A stretch of 64,000 nucleotides of DNA from Octopus vulgaris (Eukaryota), in NCBI GenBank assembly GCA_951406725.2, contig OX597821.1:41230001-41294000 (forward strand). The letters run 5' to 3'. Each line of letters starts with the position of its first letter. The first letter of the stretch is position 1. The position numbers and the translations under genes are program-made. The notes beneath the pieces are model-generated. The model had not been told where the DNA came from and made no database searches. It saw only the letters and a list, made by a program, of their open reading frames with translations. Positions 26,048 to 41,137 of this stretch are shown here, in pieces.

Positions 26048-26333
26048 TGTGAGATTGGAGAGATATATTATCCGGGTGGATATCATGGTGGCTCTCAATT
26101 ATGTACCAGGTTACGGCTAGCCACATCGATTAGTATTTAACATTTATGACTACAATTAGTTGTCAATCACGCTGTAAATTCTTTCGGTGGGTAAATCCGT
26201 GTTCGTTTCTCAGAATGGTAATAAAATCTGGAGTGTATATTAGCAATAATTATAACAATAGAGAATATGGAGAGTTGTTCAATGTTGAGGATGAACAAGT
26301 CTTCATATTCTATATCGTTATAATTATTGCTTA

Positions 26334-26379
<46 letters not shown>

Positions 26380-26574
26380 TATGTGTGTGTGTGCGTGTGT
26401 GTACGTAGATATATATATACACGCACGCACATGTCCATGCACAAAGACACACACACACATATATACATATACTTCATATATGTATTCGGTTTGCACGATT
26501 CTTGATGTGAATTCGTGTATTGAAATGAATCTTGTGTAATGGGATGGCCACTGCACCAATAATGATAATAATAA

Positions 26575-27075
26575 TCCTTTCGACTATGGGCACAAGGCCT
26601 AAAATTTGAGGGGTGGGTGCTAATCGATTACATCGACCGTAGTGCTCAACTGGTACTTATTTCATCGACCCCGAGAGGATGAAAGGCAAATTTGACCTCG
26701 GCAGAATTTGAACTCAGAGCGTAAATACGGACACAATGCCATTAAGCATATTGCTAACGGTTCTGCCAGCTCGAATATGAAAAAATAATAATAACAATAG
26801 AGAAGTGTTACTGAACCAGTGCATGTGTTCTTATTATAGGCATAATGGCCTTCCCAAGACAAAAGATATAAACACACATTTTTTTAACATTTATCTTTTA
26901 CTTGCTGCAAGCATCAGTGTGCAGCCATTCTGGGGCACTGCTTTGAAGAATGAACCAACCCGGGTATTTAATATTATTTATTTTTCTTAAGCCTGTTAGT
27001 CTTTTTTGCCGAACCGCTAAGTTATGGGGATGTAAACACACCAACACCAGTTGTCAAGTGGCAGTGACAACAAAA
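26575..27075 (-). mobile_element. Deu/Nin-type SINE (26575-26775) and CORE-type SINE fragment (about 26895-27075)
   Basis: aggatgaaaggcaaatttgacctcggcagaatttgaactcag, and gccgaaccgctaagttatggggatgtaaacacacc. Confidence 0.75.
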
Positions 27076-27264
27076 CAATGCAGACACTAACACACACAAA
27101 TACACACACACACATTCACACTCATACGTACATACAAACACACACACTCACACACACACACACACATGAACATAAACACGCATGCATGCATACATGCACA
27201 CACGCACACAAACGCACGCACACACATACACACACACATACACACACACACTCACACACACACT

Positions 27265-27296
<32 letters not shown>

Positions 27297-27599
27297 TATA
27301 CACGCTCGCCATTCTTGCTGACGTCAGCTTCTCAGACACCAAGATGACACTAGCTTCCTATTCAGCCACGCAGTCCAAGAAATTCTTTCTAGTGCGTCAA
27401 GTGTTGCTGAAATGCCGATCTCTCATCTGACCATCATGTGACCCATCTTGACCAACAGCACTCCATTTTCCAGTAGCCACATTGAATTTCTTGTGTATCT
27501 CCATTCAGTAATCTAGGCTTGAACGAGCCAGGTTTCTGTTAGAAACCTGCAGATCTTTAAGTCACATGGAACCAAATCAAGCTCTTTTTAAATTATAAC

Positions 27600-28107
27600 A
27601 ATACGTGTGTATTTTGTGTGTGTGTGTGTGTATATATATATGCATACATATATATATGTATATACACACACGTATATATATGTGTGGGGGGATGTATATA
27701 TTTACATATTTGCATATATACATATGTATGTGGGAGCATTTATATATATTCATATATAGATACACATACATACACACATACATACATACATAAATACATA
27801 CACACAGACATACATACACACATACATACACATACATAAATACATACACACATACACACATACATACATACATACATAAATACATACACACATATATACA
27901 TACATACATACATATATACATACATACACACACACATACATACACACATATATACACACACACATACATACATAAATACATACACACATACATATATACA
28001 AACAGATGTATCTAATACCTCCATCTCCTCTTAGTTACAAAAAATGATGTAGTATTTTAAAATATTCTTTAGAATTTCTCTAATATATTCTAAGCCTTAA
28101 AAGATAA

Positions 28108-28195
<88 letters not shown>

Positions 28196-28200
28196 CTCTC
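27600..28200. repeat. Compound (TA)/(CATA)/(CT)/(CA) microsatellite field
   Basis: Read directly from the sequence. Confidence 0.95.
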
Positions 28201-28422
28201 TTCCTCCCTTTCCCTCTCAGTAAGTTTACATTAATGACGATATAGCTGCAGAGAGAAGAAATGCCTCGTGCTCCATTTCTCAGATCGAAGCAGACTGCTA
28301 CCAGCCTATTACTGCCTTCGGCAATAAGGTACACAGCAAAGAATGATATGGATTTGCAAATTCAGAAGGAAATTACTCTAAGCAAATTATTATCATTATC
28401 ATTATTGTTATTATCGTTGTCG

Positions 28423-28453
<31 letters not shown>

Positions 28454-28849
28454 TGTTATTATTATTCTCATCATCTGTATCATTGTGTATTGCTAAAACC
28501 ATGAGAGTCTTCTCCTAATTTCTTGAAATTATATCGTTTTTAATATTATTTTTGAAGCAGTATTTTCTGCTTTCTGCCAAATCCTGTTTAGGAAACATGA
28601 CCAACCATTTCTATGGAAATCCAGCCATTTTCTTTTCCTTCATATGCTCAAACTCACCATTCTAAGCTCTGACGAATCCACCAGCCTGCCATAATTGCTA
28701 TTCCCTTCTGCCACAAGACTGGGAGAACATTTATATGTATGAAAGAAAAACAGCCAAACAAACAAACCTATGTGTCCACAATAACAATCTGTCTTTCATG
28801 TCTCTTGTGAACATCCTTAGAAAGCATTAAGAAGAAAGCAAGCCGATAT

Positions 28850-28882
<33 letters not shown>

Positions 28883-28894
28883 CTTTATGTAAAA

Positions 28895-29386
28895 AAATCA
28901 ACCTTTGAACATGAGGTCTCATAGAGGCAAAGTGGCAAAGTACTTTCCGAATGTTGGGCCTGACACAAGGCTAAGTGACTGAGTTCCTTTCAAGTGTTGG
29001 GTCACACGGAGGCAAGGTGGCTGAGTTCTTTTCGAGCGTTGGGCCTCATGGAGGCAAAGTGGCCAAACTCCTTTCGATTGTTGGGCCACATCGAGGTAAT
29101 GACCAAGACCTTTGGCATTATGTCGTGCTTGAGAAGAAGACCATCAAGCCGAGCAAAATTGTTGTTGTGGCAGATACCAGTGCCACGAAAATGGCACCCG
29201 TGCTGGTAGCACGTCAAAGCACCCATTACACTCTTAGAGTGGTTGGCATTAGAAAGGGCATCCGGCCATAGAAAACCATGCCAAATCAGACTGGATTCTG
29301 GCACAGACTTCCAGCATGCCAGCCCAGTCAAACCATCCAATCCATGCCAGCATGGACAACAGACGTTAGATAATGATGATGATGAT
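28895..29386 (+). mobile_element. Meta-domain-like SINE/retroposon with internal repeats of about 42 bp and a (GAT)n tail
   Basis: Repeated ggaggcaa(a/g)gtggc...gttgggcc units; gagtggttggcattagaaagggcatccggccatagaaa; ccatgccagcatgga...gacgtta-(gat)n. Confidence 0.75.
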
Positions 29387-29546
29387 ATGTATACACATGC
29401 TCACACACATACACACACACACACGCACGCACGCACACACACACACACACACACACACAAGAGGTTTCTTACAGTTTCCATCTACCAAAGCCACCTACTT
29501 CGTGGAAAGGTTGTGAATGAAAGTATCTTGATTGAACCATCATCCG

Positions 29547-30370
29547 CTAAATCTTAAGAAAGTTTTGTAGATGTTTATTGTCCCACATATCATGATCGTT
29601 CGTAGCGTATGAATTAAGGATTCGTATTCTCTCCCCCAAGAACCCAAGTTCAGCCAAACTTTGCTCCAGACAGGTTGGTATGTGTCCTGTTGCTCCAATA
29701 ATAATAATGATAGGTGTGAAACTGAAAGTGCATCTTGGATACCGGATTTGCAGATTCCTTATCAATAGTTCGTAGATGTCTTCTTTCTCTGGTATTTTTC
29801 TAATCACATACATGTCTAAAATGCAGCTGATTTCCACAATAGAACCTATCTTTTCTTTGTGGTTGCACACAACGATATTTGTGGATTTTTTAATCTTGAA
29901 GTTCCACCAATAATCAATATGGTCAACGTCGTTTGTAACTATTCTCTTTTTTGTTCCAGACCGTTCTGGCCACCGTGTCATACCTCATGGGAAGATCATA
30001 TCTGTAAAACATTCTCTCAAAAGTTGGCAATAATATGGCTGACGTCTTCGGTCTTGTTCATGCAAAGCCTACATTTGTTGTTTGTCAACGTTTTCTACCT
30101 TTCATGTTAAAATACCTTTTGTGGTCTACATTTTCTACCTTTTATGTTCTGGGTATTTGGTGAGGTCACTTGTTCTTGGATTGCATGGATGTTGCTTTCA
30201 AAGTGTGGTATGTCATCAACTTGTTGATTCTCTATGCCAAGCTTTTGACTGAATCACTCTTGTCTATGGCTTGTGGTTCACGTGCCAAGTACCCGTGCAC
30301 TATGTTCTCATTGAACTGGTTCGATTTACTTCTGTTGATCTGAATAGATTTTATCAATGCTCCTTGTATC
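29547..30370 (-). mobile_element. R4/Dong-like non-LTR retrotransposon C-terminal fragment (CCHC and restriction-like endonuclease)
   Basis: HGYLAR, AIQEQV, NKCRLCMNKTEDVSHII, YWWNF, IVEISC...EKEDIYELL...PIIIIIGATGHIP. Confidence 0.8.
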
Positions 30371-30372
30371 TC

Positions 30373-30636
30373 TATGTATGTCTGCATGTATATCTGTATG
30401 TATGTATGTATGTATGTATGTATGTATGTATGTATGTATGTATGTATGTATGTATGTATGCATGCATGCATGCATGTATGTATGTATGTATGTATGTATG
30501 TATGTATGTATGTATGTATGCATGTCTGTATGTATGTATGTATGCATGCATGCATGTATGTATGTATGTATGTATGTACGTACGTATGTATGTATGTATG
30601 TATGTATGTATGTATGTATGTATGTATGTGTGCATG
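30373..30636. repeat. (TATG)n microsatellite
   Basis: Read directly from the sequence. Confidence 0.97.
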
Positions 30637-31979
30637 TACGAATTCTAGTCCTTTGTTTACGACTGATTCCATTAAATTATCAGCTTCGGGTGAACCCATG
30701 AACCCATTGTTGTGCTAATCACTCCACCTTGAAATAAGAACAGTATTTGTCAGATAACTTGAGTAAACAGAGTAATTTATTCACCCAAAATAATATTTCT
30801 CCTGGATATGCTAAGCCGATATTATAATTTTATCATTTGACAAGGTAAGATGCTTTGAGATAGCAGTGATTCCTAATAGATATGCCCAAAGGAAATCTTA
30901 TGAATGAACATAATAATAGTTTGGTTAAAGAAACCATACATAGGTAGTAATGAAGAAAGTGTGTAAAGAAGAGACTCCAAAGAAAAAATCATTCCTACAT
31001 TGATAAATATAAGCTTTGTTTTAGCAACCATCACAAATGTGGATGCAATTTATCTTTCTGTTAATACAGAATACACACACATACACACACACATATTTTA
31101 TGTACATTCACACTAACATAAAAGTGTATACACTTTCAAATATGTCCAGAAGCGTATACACTTGCACACACATACACAAAAGTGCATTGAAGTTGGAGGA
31201 AGCGGATTCAATATGGATTAAATGAAAATCAGATAAAAATTGAGCAAGTATGATGGAGGATAAATATTAGACACACCTCCATATTTAGAATAATTTCATA
31301 GTTGCTGCAAGATAAAATATGAACAGCAGCCATCTATAATTACGAAGACTTTCCTTCAAATTATCCAAAGTTGTGTGTTGCTTTTGTATTAGTGTTTATT
31401 TAGAAAGTGAAAGACCGTTAATCAATGTTTTTAGATAAAGATTATTAATTAATGTCTGGGATGAATTCACAGAGTTTTTATGAGGAAGTCAACTCTATAA
31501 TTCCATGGTTTTATGGCCCTTAAAGCATTTCATACTATATTACTTGGGAATGATTTTAGTGGTAGACAAATAACCAGGTAAATGTTGTTCTACTTGGCTT
31601 CATGGGGTTAGAGTTTGAGTTCATGAATCCAAGTTCCATAGTCCAAGACATGTTAATGAGAGTTTGAGTTATATATTAACAAAGTTTGGGTTTATGAACC
31701 TGAGCTCCATTTTAATCACAGCAAATGCAGAAACTGACAAAAATATCTTTGAAAATGAGTGATAATAAGGAACACCAAACAAACATTTAGTCTTTGCAAT
31801 AGAACCATGTAAATTTGGTGTATATAAAAATTCTATCTCTATTACATTATTAATGTAAAAGCCAACACCATAAACAGTTACCAAGGGTGGGGAGAGGCCA
31901 GAGCAATGTGGTCAGGCAGGAGTTTTATGTAAATCTCCAATGAGTTCAGGTGACTTGTCAATATCTCTCATATATATTT

Positions 31980-32690
31980 ATTTCTTTATTGTCCCCAGGG
32001 GACAAACCTGGACAGACAGAGGGGACAAACAAGGACAGACAAAGGGATTAAGTTGATTACGTCAACCTCAGTGCATAACTGGTACTTATTTAATCGACCC
32101 CAAAAGGATGAAAGCCATGCTCAAATGGTGCTTTTTATGTGCCACCAGCACGGGAGCCAGTCCAGCGGCACTGGCATCACCTATGCTTGCATGGTGCCTT
32201 TTACATGCAACCTGCAAGGGTGCCAGTCGAGCAATACTGGCATCGACCATGACAGCAATTTTACTTGACTCAATCGGTCTTCTCAAGCACAGTACATTGC
32301 CAGACGATTGAAGGGAACTCTTAAATGGGCCGGTTATGCAACACTGGCATAGGCCATAGCTACAATCTCAGCTGGCCAGGTCTTCTCAAGCACAGCATAT
32401 CTGCAAAGGTCTCAGCCATCTTGACTAGAATATCAATCTGCTGGAAGTTATCCAGAGACATGCAACAGAAAAGGGTATTAAGATTTCTTATTCCCGTTAA
32501 GGCGGCGAATAGATGGCCGAATCGTTAGCACGCCGAGTAAAATGCTTAGCGATATTTCGTCCGTCTTTACGTTCTGACATCAAATTCCACCGAGGTCTAC
32601 TTTGCCTTTCAATGTTTCGTGGTCGATATTAAATATTGGGCTGACGTGATCGATAACAACCGTCTCCTCTAAATTTATGGCCTTGTGCTC
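31980..32690. mobile_element. Cluster of SINE fragments (Deu/Nin-type and Meta-type)
   Basis: ggggacaaacaaggacagac...aggatgaaag (minus), ggtgctttttatgtgccacc (minus), ggcggcgaat...gttagcacgccg (plus). Confidence 0.7.
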
Positions 32691-33159
32691 AAATACTCTC
32701 TGTTGGTCATTTACCATTTCTTGAACCTATTGATTCTCTGAGCATCAACACAAAATTTGGTTGTCTTGAAGCCCACAAGATTATCTGTTATCTTTCCAAC
32801 AACTTTGGTCACTTTTTAAAATTCAATACCTTTACCCTTGATAGACAAACTTACAACATCAAAAGACAGTGCAGCACCCATGGCTCTCAGGAATATCTTT
32901 TTTTCCATTCTCAGACTTATAGCATAAACAACCTGTATCCACTGCTAACCGTCAGCACACTCTCCCCACAAGAAATTCCATACTTTCTGAAATTCACCAA
33001 CACTATTCCTAATCTACCCGCCCACCCGTTCCACCCTTTCCTTTTTAATGTTCACTTTTTTCTTTATTTCTCTTTTTTATTTCGTTTGTTTGTTTTATTT
33101 TGTGAACTGTGCATGCACTTCTAGTTGCCATTACTAACTTTTGCTATTTGACTTACACT

Positions 33160-33318
33160 CAAGGAGTGGTTGGTGTTAGGAAGGGCATCCAGCTGTAGAA
33201 ACTCTGCCAGATCAGACTGGAGCCTGGTGCAGCCTCCTGGCTTCCCAGACCCCAGTCGAACCGTCCAACCCATGCTAGCATGGAAAACGGACGTTAAACG
33301 ATGATGATGATGATGATG
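33160..33318 (+). mobile_element. Meta-domain-like SINE 3' part
   Basis: ggagtggttggtgttaggaagggcatccagctgtagaaa...catgctagcatggaaaacggacgttaaac(gat)n. Confidence 0.85.
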
Positions 33319-33386
33319 TTTGCCTTCATTCTCCTCTCTTAACCTTTTCTGGCAAACTGTAATGTATTTGAGCACAGTATACAATT

Positions 33387-33770
33387 CTCTTTTACTCTTT
33401 TACTTGTTTCAGTCACTTCACTGTGGCCATTCTGGAGCACTGCCTTTAGTCAAGCAAATCGATCCCAGGACTTATTCTTTGTAAGCCTAGTACTTATTCT
33501 ATTGGTCACTTTTGCTGAACTGCTAAGTCGTCAAGTGATGTCGGAGGGGGGGGACAAACACAGACGCACAAACATACACACACACATATATATATATACA
33601 CATATATACAACAGGCTTCTTTCAGTTTCCGTCTAGCAAATCCACTCACAAGGCTTTGGTTGGCTTTGAGGCTATAGTAGAACACACTTGCCCAAGGTGC
33701 CATGCAGTGGGACTGAACCTGGAACCCTGTGGCTCGTAAGCAAGCTACTTATCACTCAGCCACTTCCTAC
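33387..33770 (-). mobile_element. CORE-type SINE, full length
   Basis: Family tail, cacttgcccaaggtgcc core and tRNA-like head. Confidence 0.88.
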
Positions 33771-34024
33771 GCTTATCGTGAATATTAAGACAGTAAAGCC
33801 AACAGAATTACTAGCATGGTGTGAAAAATGGTTAGCACCATCATTTCATCAGCATCATTTCCTCCATCTGGGTTCAGATGTCATTGTGCTTGATTTTCAC
33901 TTCCATCTTTTTGGGGATCAAAAAATTAAGTTCCAGTTGAGGGCTTTGGTTGATGAAGCCAACTGATCCCCTATCCAAAAGTTTCAAGCCTTGCACCCAT
34001 AGTAGACAGGATTATTAATATTGC

Positions 34025-34075
<51 letters not shown>

Positions 34076-34144
34076 CATTATTATTATTATTATTACTATT
34101 ATTATTATTATTATTATTATCATTATTATTATTATTACTATTAA

Positions 34145-34182
<38 letters not shown>

Positions 34183-34299
34183 TGAGAGCTCTTTCTTCAG
34201 AGGCAACATACCAAATTAAATTGATTCCAGTGGTTAATGGTTCTTACTTCGTTAACCACACTGTTCAGAACTAACTCTGATCAGTATTGAATTCAAAAC

Positions 34300-34900
34300 T
34301 GTGATGTTACAAACTCCTGTGATAATAGGAGTTTTCTACGTGTCATATGATTGCCACAGTCATAAGGAATTGCTCTCAACTGGAAGAGTGAGAGGATTGT
34401 GTTATGTCAACATCTTTAATTGTTAGTAATGTTATTACCTTGTCTGAATCCTATTACAGAATGTTTACAAGTTTCTTAATAGAAATTTTATAGTCTCGCC
34501 TTGAGGTATTTAGACACTGATTAAATGTGCCTTGTGAATGCAAGATGACTGTCAGATTTGTGCTAAGAGAAGTAACATACATGAGAGCGTTGATATAGCA
34601 TGAACGAAATTAATGAGATATTTAATGAAACATTGGAATTTTTGCGGTAGGAAACAGGAAGATCTCTTTTTTGACATGCAGCTATTAAGGAAGAAGCCAA
34701 TCTATGCAATTAAGTTTCTGTATTTAAACAGAGTATTCATACAAAGATGGTTAAGACTTAGTTTGATCGACGTTGTTGTCAATGAATAGTGGAACAGGTT
34801 TTGCTTTAACATAAATGGCAATTGGTGTGATGTTGGGTAGCACTGGGGTTTTCTCTTCAGGACATTTTCTCAAAATTACTGGAGACAGGCAGAAATACAG
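34300..34900 (-). mobile_element. Decayed Gypsy/Ty3 RT N-terminal fragment
   Basis: PIAIYVKAKPVPLFIDNNVD, (W)ASSLIAACQK and NTILSLFQLRAIPY resemble KxRxVP, WASPxVxV and NTHxGLFQYxRLPFG. Confidence 0.5.
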
Positions 34901-35048
34901 TGTATTACAAATGAGATTTAAACTTTTCATCATCATATTTCTGAGGATATATATTGCTTTTGTAGTAGAATTAATTTTGAAAATCAAGAATTGGTGAGTA
35001 TTTTGTAAAATAATTAATGTTATCAATATAAAACAGCGGTTTGAAATA

Positions 35049-35420
35049 TAAAAATAATAATGAAATTATTGTATACAGTGCTCAGGTGCACCACAACTTG
35101 TCAAAAGTGCGTATAAAGTATATGCAGTAATGTACAAATGTCTGGAAAGTGAACAGTGTATGAGTCAGATACATGCTTGTGTGAGTATGGAGGGGAGAAA
35201 ATCAGGTGTAGTGTTGGTGAATCTCAGGAAGCATGGAAGTTTTGAAGCATGCAGTGCTCCGACAACTAACAACTGATGCCGGCAGTCTGTTCCATGCTTC
35301 AGTAACTCTTAGCGGGAAAAAATGTTTCCGAAAGTCATGGGAGCTGTGCTGTTTTCTGACTTTGTAAACATGTCCACAGGTGTTAGACAGACGGAGTTTA
35401 AAAAGGTACTCAGAGTTATA
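35049..35420 (-). mobile_element. CR1-clade LINE 3' end
   Basis: SNTCGHVYKVRKQHSSHDFRKHFFPLRVTEAWNRLPASVVS matches the CR1 ORF2 C-terminus; a 3' UTR follows. Confidence 0.85.
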
Positions 35421-35774
35421 ATTTGTTAAACAAGAAATAAAATTCTACTGGACAGATTTATTTTCGATATCAACATTTTAAAAATGATTAGTTTTGTATC
35501 ATGGAACTAGATGTTGTCTTGGGTGGACTAGTATCATAGAACAAAAAATACTCACTGGTGGACTGGTATCAAAAGGCTTATAATCAATTCTGTTCCTGGG
35601 GATTCAAAGGCATGAACTATTTATTGATCAGTTATTGATCCATTATTGAATAAATCAAAGATTTAAAATGTGGTAAGGATTAAGCTTGATGAAGTCAGTT
35701 GCTATATTTTGGTTGGAGAGCAAGCTCCTTAAACTTATAGTCATACCTGCACTATTTATCTATGTATATATATA

Positions 35775-35935
35775 TGGTGCAAAATTGAACAAAAATCAAA
35801 GAGACAGGTGAGTGAACAACAAATAAAGGTGTATGAGTTTGATGCTCAGGAAAAGTGGAAGATTCTTTGCTGGTTTGATCCTACACTCTTCTACAGAAAG
35901 GAATGAGGAGAGAAAACAGATGGAGAGTAAAATTG
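35775..35935 (-). mobile_element. Copy of the (TA)n-associated hammerhead-like family
   Basis: gacaggtgag...aacaacaa...gtatgagtttgatgctcagg...cctacactcttctacagaaagg. Confidence 0.6.
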
Positions 35936-37011
35936 TGTGTGTGTGTGTGTGTGTGTCTCCTTGTCTTGACATCACATGATGATTGTATAGGAACATCACC
36001 ATTGCACAAGCAGAGACATTCATTTCCAATCTTCTCTGAAAACATAAGCAGCCATAAGGAAATATTACTTTGCCCAGAAACAGGTGAAGGTCGGTGACAG
36101 GAAGGGCACCTGGCCACAGAAAATCTGCCTCAAATAAACTCTGCACATAACCCTTGCATGCATGGAAAAGCAGATGTTAAGACAAAGATGAAGACGATGA
36201 TTATGATGACGATGACAACAAAGACGACGACGACAATGATGATGATGATGATGATGATTTGAAAGAGGGAAAATTCTACAGTGTCTTATTGCATGGATCA
36301 ATCAGTCAGTAATTATGTTTATGCTAATGGAGATGCCAAGCTTTGTTTTTATTAACAATCATATCAACTAATGATATAGTGTGTGTACATTTTTAATTTC
36401 TAAATGAAGTAAACAAAATTAAACTAAACAATCAATATAAATATTCTATTTAACGTTGAAACTAATCAAAATGTTTCTTAAATTAAGAGTTGAGCTGTAA
36501 TTCTCTGCTCTGAAAGCCAGACACTTCAATTTTAAAACTAATGATAAAATATAACATTTGATAACGATGTGATATGATTAATTGTTTTCTTAATTAATGA
36601 AATAATATAACTAATGATCTGAAAATATAAATTATAATTAATATTCTCATTTAATCTGTAAATGATTGTTGGGGGACAATAGTTGAAATGCCGACAAATA
36701 ACATTGAATATTTGGAAATACTCTAAAAAGCTCAAGTAAGGCCCCAGATAAGAGCTATTACCACAGCTAGGAAAGTACTGCTACTATGCACATAGCTCCC
36801 ATTTAAAAAGGGGCCACTTGACTAATTGGTATACAATTGATTACAGACATGCTCCGATCATTTGTCCACGGGGATGCTGTCCCCTTCCTCTATTTTTTGT
36901 TACTGCTATTTCAATGAGAATACATACATACATGCATACATACATACATACATACATACATACATACATACATACATACATACATACATACATACATACA
37001 TACATACATAC

Positions 37012-37525
37012 ATTATGGCTGCCCCCTCGTTATCGAGTATGGCCATTGCAAGAAGCTTAACTGTTACTGGTGCTGTGATCGAATGTGACTTTTTAGCCCA
37101 GCTAAAGATCTACAATGTCTTATACAAAATTGGCAACTACAATCTTTACTGGTAATAGCCGGTTGTAGTTGTAACTGCACTTCATGTACCTTTGCAAGTC
37201 GTTTAAGTCCTCCTGCCGAATTACATTCTCTTCCACATGCCCAACAGATATGATTAGTATAGTGTGTAACACCACCACCAGTGGCCAGGTTGTCACTCGT
37301 CTGTCTTGTTTTATGACTACGAAGATGACTCATACATACATACATACATACATACATACACACCACACACACATACACAAAGACATATGTACATGCATAT
37401 ATACATACATACATGTAACACTGGATTCTGCGTTAGAAGTTAGACTCTTCCCTTCTTCAATGTGTTGTCTTTGCCAACCTTTTGTACTTATGATTCTCTT
37501 ATGCACACCTGTACTTGTTCTCTTG
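37012..37525 (-). mobile_element. RTE-like LINE 3' end with C2H2 fingers, split by (CATA)n
   Basis: HLRSH...CWACGRECNSAGGLKRLAKVH...CQFCIRHCRSLAGLKSHIRSQH, then 3' UTR and an (ATGT)n tail. Confidence 0.75.
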
Positions 37526-38449
37526 GCTTCTACTATTTTATTCAACTATTTAAACAAATTATTCACTCAGGTATATTCCACTTAAAATAGTGGAGTTAAT
37601 TCAAATTGACTGAATGTACTTGTAAAACTGAAATAGCAGAGTGCTTATATCATCGGCCAACCAGCTCAACAGTATAGTGCTCAAATCCCTTGCCAAATAC
37701 CATATAATGTAGGAGAACAATAACTTTAGCTTTGTATTACCTCAGCTTAGCAAGCTTTAAAGAATATTTCAATCCCTCTGACACTTCAGAAAACCCTTCT
37801 GAGTTTAAAAGGTATTTTTTATATTTTTATATTTTCACTTCACCTACCCAACCGAAAGAAGTTTGGCTTTTTGCCTAGTCAAACACAATCAATATTATAA
37901 TAGGAACTTCATCATTCTATCTCCTGTTTCCGACTTTCATTAATTTCGTAGATCTAGTCTATTCAAGTACAATCTAATTTCCTTTTGCCTAGATATCATC
38001 AAACAGGCTGTGTTGCTAAATTCTTTTATTTCTTTTTGTTCATAGCGTTTACTGAGAGCTCTCTCTTCCACTTCACGTATTTTCCCTGCGATCATATTGC
38101 TACAAAGAATACAGCCAATAGTTAGTTTGTTGTTGTTTTTTTTTTTTTTGCTAAATGGCTTTGTACTAAAATGTGAGCTTGATTAATATGTATGTATATA
38201 ACAGCGACTAGTATGGAAGGCTATACGGTACAATATGGACAGTTTAGCAATAGCTAGAATTCCATTGCTAACAGATATATATGTACTTAAGCACTTAAAT
38301 ATCCATTCAGTGTTTTCTTCCTTTCCTTCTGGTGCTTTTTGGTGAAAGTACGAAGAAACCTTTCGAAAAATCAAGATGAAAGTCAAACATAAGAAATAAG
38401 AAAAAAGAAAATATGGTCGAACGTAAACAATTACTGTATCTAAACAATA

Positions 38450-39170
<721 letters not shown>

Positions 39171-39544
39171 AAATGCAAGCCATAGAAAGAGAGAGAGAGA
39201 ATTTTCATTGATTCATTTGTTCTTTTTACTTCCTTTTCTCTAAGCTGTCATGGGTCAGGCAAATATATATTTGAAGCAGTATTCTGTGGGATGCATGGTT
39301 TTGACCCCCAGACTGGGCAGAGCATTGTGTTCTTCAGCAAAACATGTTGCTCCATGATCCTTTTCAACATGTGACATATGGCACACTCGTGCACCTATAC
39401 AGGCAGTGACAATTTGATCAAAAGCATGAGCTTATGTACAACAACAGCATTTGACCATTTCAAACAAAAGAGGCAAGACATTGCTGGACTCTAAACTATC
39501 ATTTAACAACAAGACAGTCCAAAATAATAATAATAATAATAATA

Positions 39545-40009
39545 ATTTGCTTGTCAGTTGTTTGACCTTCACCAGTTGAGCATGTCCCTTAGTGGCTGAC
39601 GATATGTGCATCTCTGATCATGAGCAGAAGTAGTGGGGGAGCATCATAGCCATGTGTTGAGAGGGATTCTTTGGGGTTTGAATAATTCACCTCTGGAAAC
39701 ATGGGTGTTTTGTTCAACATCCTTAAACAACCCTTATTCAGGGACCTTTTGAGCAGGATGGGTTACTTGACCTGAAGAAAATTCTAAGTGGGCCCCACCT
39801 GCAAGGTCATGTGCTGTTTATCTTGACATTAGATCACCATGTCGCACACATATGGTTGTGATGCATGTGCCTGGTGTACCCTTATCAGACAGGTAGTCAT
39901 GATGGGTATACTGGGCTTCATAAATTTTAACCCCAGTGTCACTTTAATGGCATGCACTGCTCTCTCACTCAATAATAATAATAATAATAACAATAACAAT
40001 AATAATAAC

Positions 40010-40041
<32 letters not shown>

Positions 40042-40562
40042 GCTTCTGATCTTAACTGATTGGAAGTGTTATCATGTACATTGTTTTGTCTTGGTATAAA
40101 AGATGGGCTACAGCAAATATTCTGCTCAATACCACAGATTTGCTTGTCAGCTGTTTGACCTTAACCAGTTGAGCATGTCCCTTAGTGGCTGACGATATGT
40201 GCATCTCTGATCATGAGCAGAAGTAGTGGGGGAGCATCATAGCCATGTGTTGAGAAGGATTCTTTGGGGTTTGAATAATTCACCTCTGGAAACATGGGTG
40301 TTTCGTTCAACATCCTTAAACAAGCCTTATTCAGGGACCTTTTGAGCGGGATGGGTTACTCGATCTGAAGAAAATTCTAACTGGGCTCCACCTGCAAGGT
40401 CATGTGCTGTTTATCTTGATATGAGATCACCATGTCGTGCACATATGGTTGTGATGCATGTGCCTGGTGTACCCTTATCAGACGGGTAGTCATGATGGGT
40501 ATACTGGGCTTCGTATATTTTACCCCAGTGTCACTTCGATGGCATGCTCTGCTCGCTCACTC

Positions 40563-40593
<31 letters not shown>

Positions 40594-41074
40594 CCAGAAA
40601 TGGAGATTTGAAGCTGGAAACATGTGGTACAATCACCGAGTTGAAAGAATACAGGAGTCAGAAAAATGTAAGATTTTGTGGGACTTTCCTGTTCAAATGG
40701 ACAAATAGACCAGATATTACAATCATGGATTAAAAAGTTGCTTACTGATCCATCATTCCCATTTCGTTCTAGGATCGTAAACAAAGAGGAAGAAAGATAA
40801 AAAAAATATAATCCCTGAAAATTTGAAATAGGAAGAATTTGGAGAATGCGAACAGTAAAGGTCGTGTTTATAATAATTGGTGCATTGAGAACAGTAATCC
40901 AAGAATGCCAGGTAGAGCTCCTGCAGAAAGTTTGTCATTTGGGGACTGTAAGGATTATCAGAAGGGTTCTAAGCACTTGAAAGACTGCTGAAAAGTAACC
41001 CACTACTCACATAAATCCTGAGCCAAACCAAAATAATAATGATGATGATGATGATGACGATGATGATGATGATG

Positions 41075-41137
<63 letters not shown>

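Noticed and set aside
32700-32960. Possible Penelope RT remnant
   Set aside because: One weak motif only.
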